Positions 60,721-64,000 of a DNA stretch of 64,000 nt are shown in pieces. Numbering within the stretch: position 1 is the first letter of the stretch; every line of letters begins with the position of its first letter. The stretch spans positions 45,322,001 through 45,386,000 of the forward strand of contig NC_135655.1 in the NCBI RefSeq assembly GCF_964188315.1. The letters are read 5' to 3'. The notes beneath the pieces were generated by a model that worked only from the letters and a program-made list of their open reading frames with translations, was not told the origin of the DNA and did no database searches. The stretch comes from Podarcis muralis. Lineage: Eukaryota. The position numbers and the translations under genes are program-made.

Positions 60721-62169
60721 TATTCTTACTTGGCTTTGTGCGAAGCAGAATTGATGTGTGATAGGATTAAAATCAACGGGGTTAAACTTTGAAAGATTGG
60801 GTGTTGGCACTGGCAGTATGATTACTTTGGTCTTTAAAGGAGAGCTTCATTTCCTTTTTATAGCTTTCTGTCAGGATGTTGGGCGCAAAGCAAGTGTATA
60901 TCTATTTTAAGGAGAGGATTAATATTAATACAAAGTGCAACGATTACTGAATCATAAAATACTAGGTTTGTGTGTCATGTTTCCAAATAACAAAATACTC
61001 AAGTTTTTTTTATCCTTTCTATGAGTACTTATTGTGAAATGATGTGTCTATTTGCCTTGTAATGTCTTCCAGCAGCTCTCATCTAGAACTCCTTCATCCA
61101 CAAGATTTATGTAACCTGCTCATTAATTTTTCATAAAGCTCTAAAAGTTTCTGGTAGAATTTATTCTGTTTAATGTGTAGGTTGTTGTGTCTTCCAAGAC
61201 TCAACAAAAGCACTTATAAGGATTTGTTATTTGGTTGTAATCAGCTATTTGTCTTAATAATAATAATAATTTTATTATTTATACCCCACCCATCTGGCTG
61301 GGTTTCCCTAGCCACTCTTAAACATTTTGTGGTCCTCAAATTGTGTGTGTGGCATCTTTAGCAAAGATGATGTTTAGGAATACAGTTGAACCATAAGGCA
61401 TTTGTATCTGGTTATTCTCTGCTGCAAAAGTGTTCATGTTACGCATATTTCACTTCTCCAATCCTTCGGCTTGTTCTGTAGTTAAAATCATGATAGGTCT
61501 CTTAAGGCCAACTGCTATTTAATGTTTGACATAGTAAAAGAGTGCTGATCTGTACAGTTTTTCCGCTGGATTGTTGCAATGTTTTTCCATTCTTTCCTTC
61601 TTGGCCATTCTTTATGGAAACACTAAATCAGTGACATCACTCATGTGAGCAAAATAAAACCATAAATTGTCTGTTCCTCCTTAGTTCAATCCTTGTCCTT
61701 TATCATATTAACTTCTTTAATCTACAGATAAATAGACAGTGGGGTGGGGAAAGTTGCTGTTACACAAGTTCTGTACAAAGAGTGGCAAAGCCAAGATGCA
61801 TAGTGAAAACTTTCTGTCACTGAAGCCTCCTTGGCTCAGACATTTGCACTCTTTTAATAGAAAATACATAGAGACAAGGAGAATAATTTCCACAGTGATG
61901 TGATGCATCTTCCAAAGTTTTATTTGCCTAATCAGATTTAAGTTCTTAATTCAGTAGTGTGTATAATATATATTACCCTGTGTTGCCTGGAGCATCATTT
62001 GTGCAAACACTCTAGGTACCTTATTGCAACAATGTAATACCGGTTTAATTAAATTCAAGCTGTAGTCTAGCAAGGGTTTTGTTTTTTGCATTGTTTTTAA
62101 AGACTTTCTGTGTTCAACCTTGCAAATAAGCTCACAAAAGTTACTAGCCCACATAAATATTATCTAGCC

Positions 62170-62488
62170 CAGGGGTCGGCAACCTTTTTCAGCCGTGGGC
62201 CGGTCCACTGTTCCTCAGACCATGTGGTATTGTGTGTGTGTGTGTGGGGGGGAATGAACGAATTCCTGTGCCCCACAAATAACCCAGAGATGCATTTTAA
62301 ATAAAAGCACACATTCTACTCATGAAAAAACACCAGGCAGGCCCTACAAATAACCCAGATATGAATTTTAAATAAAAGGACACATTCTACTCATGTAAAA
62401 ACACGCTGATTCCCGGACTGTCCACAGGCCGGATTGAGAAGGCGATTGGGCTGCATCCGGACCCCGGGCCTTAGGTTGCCTACCCCTG
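62170..62488. mobile_element. hAT-type MITE (319 bp)
   Basis: TIRs CAGGGGTCGGCAACCT...AGGTTGCCTACCCCTG; exact 8-bp TSD ATCTAGCC. Confidence 0.9.
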
Positions 62489-64000
62489 ATCTAGCCTGTC
62501 AACTTGCCCACACACAGTTTTAAGAAAAAAAGAGCCAAGCTTTTTGGCTGTCTTCATCATGGAGTGAGCAAGAGGCTGTATCAAGCCTCGGTTAGTCCAT
62601 GAAGGAGATGGGATGGAAGTGGAATATTTTGTAATCTTAAATTTAGGAGATTTTTATGTTGTGGAAGTATTGGTGGGAAGATATGACTTACTGATATTAT
62701 CTTGCACTCTGTTTAAAGCAGCACAATTGGGGACTGGTACATCAAACAATCCATTTGAAGTGCTCTGTCTAAAGTCTTGCTGGCAGAAGATACAATATTA
62801 AGTAACTTTACTACTCTATTTTAGGAGAATGAATCTTATCAGATAACGTCTTTTAATCCTGAGCCATTTTTGAAGATTTTATAGGCTCTAGAGTACTCTG
62901 GAATAGGGTATTGTCAATACCCAGATCAATAAAACAGATATCAGCAATACAAACACTTATTGGCTAATATATTTTATTGGAGAAATAAAATATTGGACAA
63001 AATATTACATTGGGAGAACAATTTCATGACTCTAAATGAAAATATATTGCAAGTTTAGTCTGTTGATGACCTCCCTTGTTCTACACACTTGCATTGCCTT
63101 AAAAAGGGGAACAAGTGCTGTAACTAATGTGCTATTGTAATGAAAGTAGATTGCATGCTATACCAGAATTCCCTTATTGTCTGCTGTCTAAACATAGTGA
63201 TGAATATAGGTAAACTGTCTTTCTGGACTTCAAATATTCTATACTCCGTAGCTCTCTTCTGGCATTAACTGGCTTGAAGAGACAACATACCAGTGAATAC
63301 CAGTTTCTGGAAATAGCAAGACAGCAGAATGCTTTTGTTCTCGGGTCCTGTTTGCAGACTTCTCACTGGCATCTGGTTGGCCCTGTGAGAACAGAACATT
63401 GGACTAAATGGGCCTTTGTTCGAATCCAGAAGTCTCTTATGTTCTTTACCGTGAAGGTTCATCTTCGGTTGCCTCTTCCCTCCCCTGACCATGCAGCTCT
63501 CCCAGTCTCTCTTACGATGAGGATAAAGTACTGTAGTGAAGAAGCTTTTTTTATCTGTGGAAGTGCCCTGTGCAAGGGAAAATAATGAACTTCCGAGATT
63601 CTCTATCTGTGTAGGCCCTCCACAGAATCAAAGGTTTATCTTCATTATGAAAGAGACTAAAAGATTTGCGGGTGGAGTGAAACATGTGGTCTCAATATAC
63701 ACCTATATTGCCTCTTCAAGTTAGTCATGGTTAAGGGTGGTGGATATTTTTATATTATTCTTTGCCCACTGTAATCACAGACTCCTGACCATGCAGCCAT
63801 CCTACCAAATTGTTGGCATTGTTGAGGAAATCTACAGGGAGTACCCTATCTGCAGATTATCTTGTGTCTGGGATACTGATACAGATCTGGTGTTTCCCTG
63901 CCTAGTCAAACCTTGCCTTTCTGTAGTTGCTACTATTAAACAATTGGGAATCTGAAATCTTTGCTGATCTACTGCAGAATAACCAAAGAGCTGGCTGTTG

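Noticed and set aside
59366-60810. Overlapping 170-350 aa ORFs on both strands
   Set aside because: Low-complexity Pro/Arg/Gly/Ser ORFs expected from stop-poor CpG-island sequence; no domain similarity.

Overview
AT-rich vertebrate genomic DNA from a squamate reptile, most likely a lacertid-type lizard (Sauria-type SINEs, BovB, squamate L2/CR1 elements). The gene order matches the region syntenic with human 14q24. It contains (i) a complete 3-exon ACOT1/2-family acyl-CoA thioesterase on the minus strand (2886->88); (ii) a complete HEATR4 coding sequence on the plus strand (15 well-supported coding exons plus one candidate 26-nt microexon, 6099->41422, about 1037 aa); (iii) the intronless JmjC oxygenase RIOX1/NO66 nested antisense in the last HEATR4 intron (38334->36562); and (iv) a CpG island at about 59.3-60.7 kb that is probably the promoter and first non-coding exon of NUMB. 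Introns and the 41.5-59 kb spacer hold many mobile elements: an apparently intact L2 ORF (APE+RT), BovB, CR1 and L1-like fragments, several SINE types, hAT and Tc1/mariner MITEs with target-site duplications (TSDs), and a solo LTR. The most unusual features are a 14.7-copy 111-bp minisatellite next to the intact L2 (two stop-free minus-strand frames; a branch-acceptor-14 nt-GTGAGT cassette in each unit), a thioesterase carrying both a mitochondrial-type presequence and a C-terminal SKL, and a CCAAT-rich solo LTR about 6 kb upstream of the putative NUMB start. I found no clearly new multi-gene system. Gene names rest on remembered homologue sequences and synteny, not on database searches, and repeat boundaries were read by eye.
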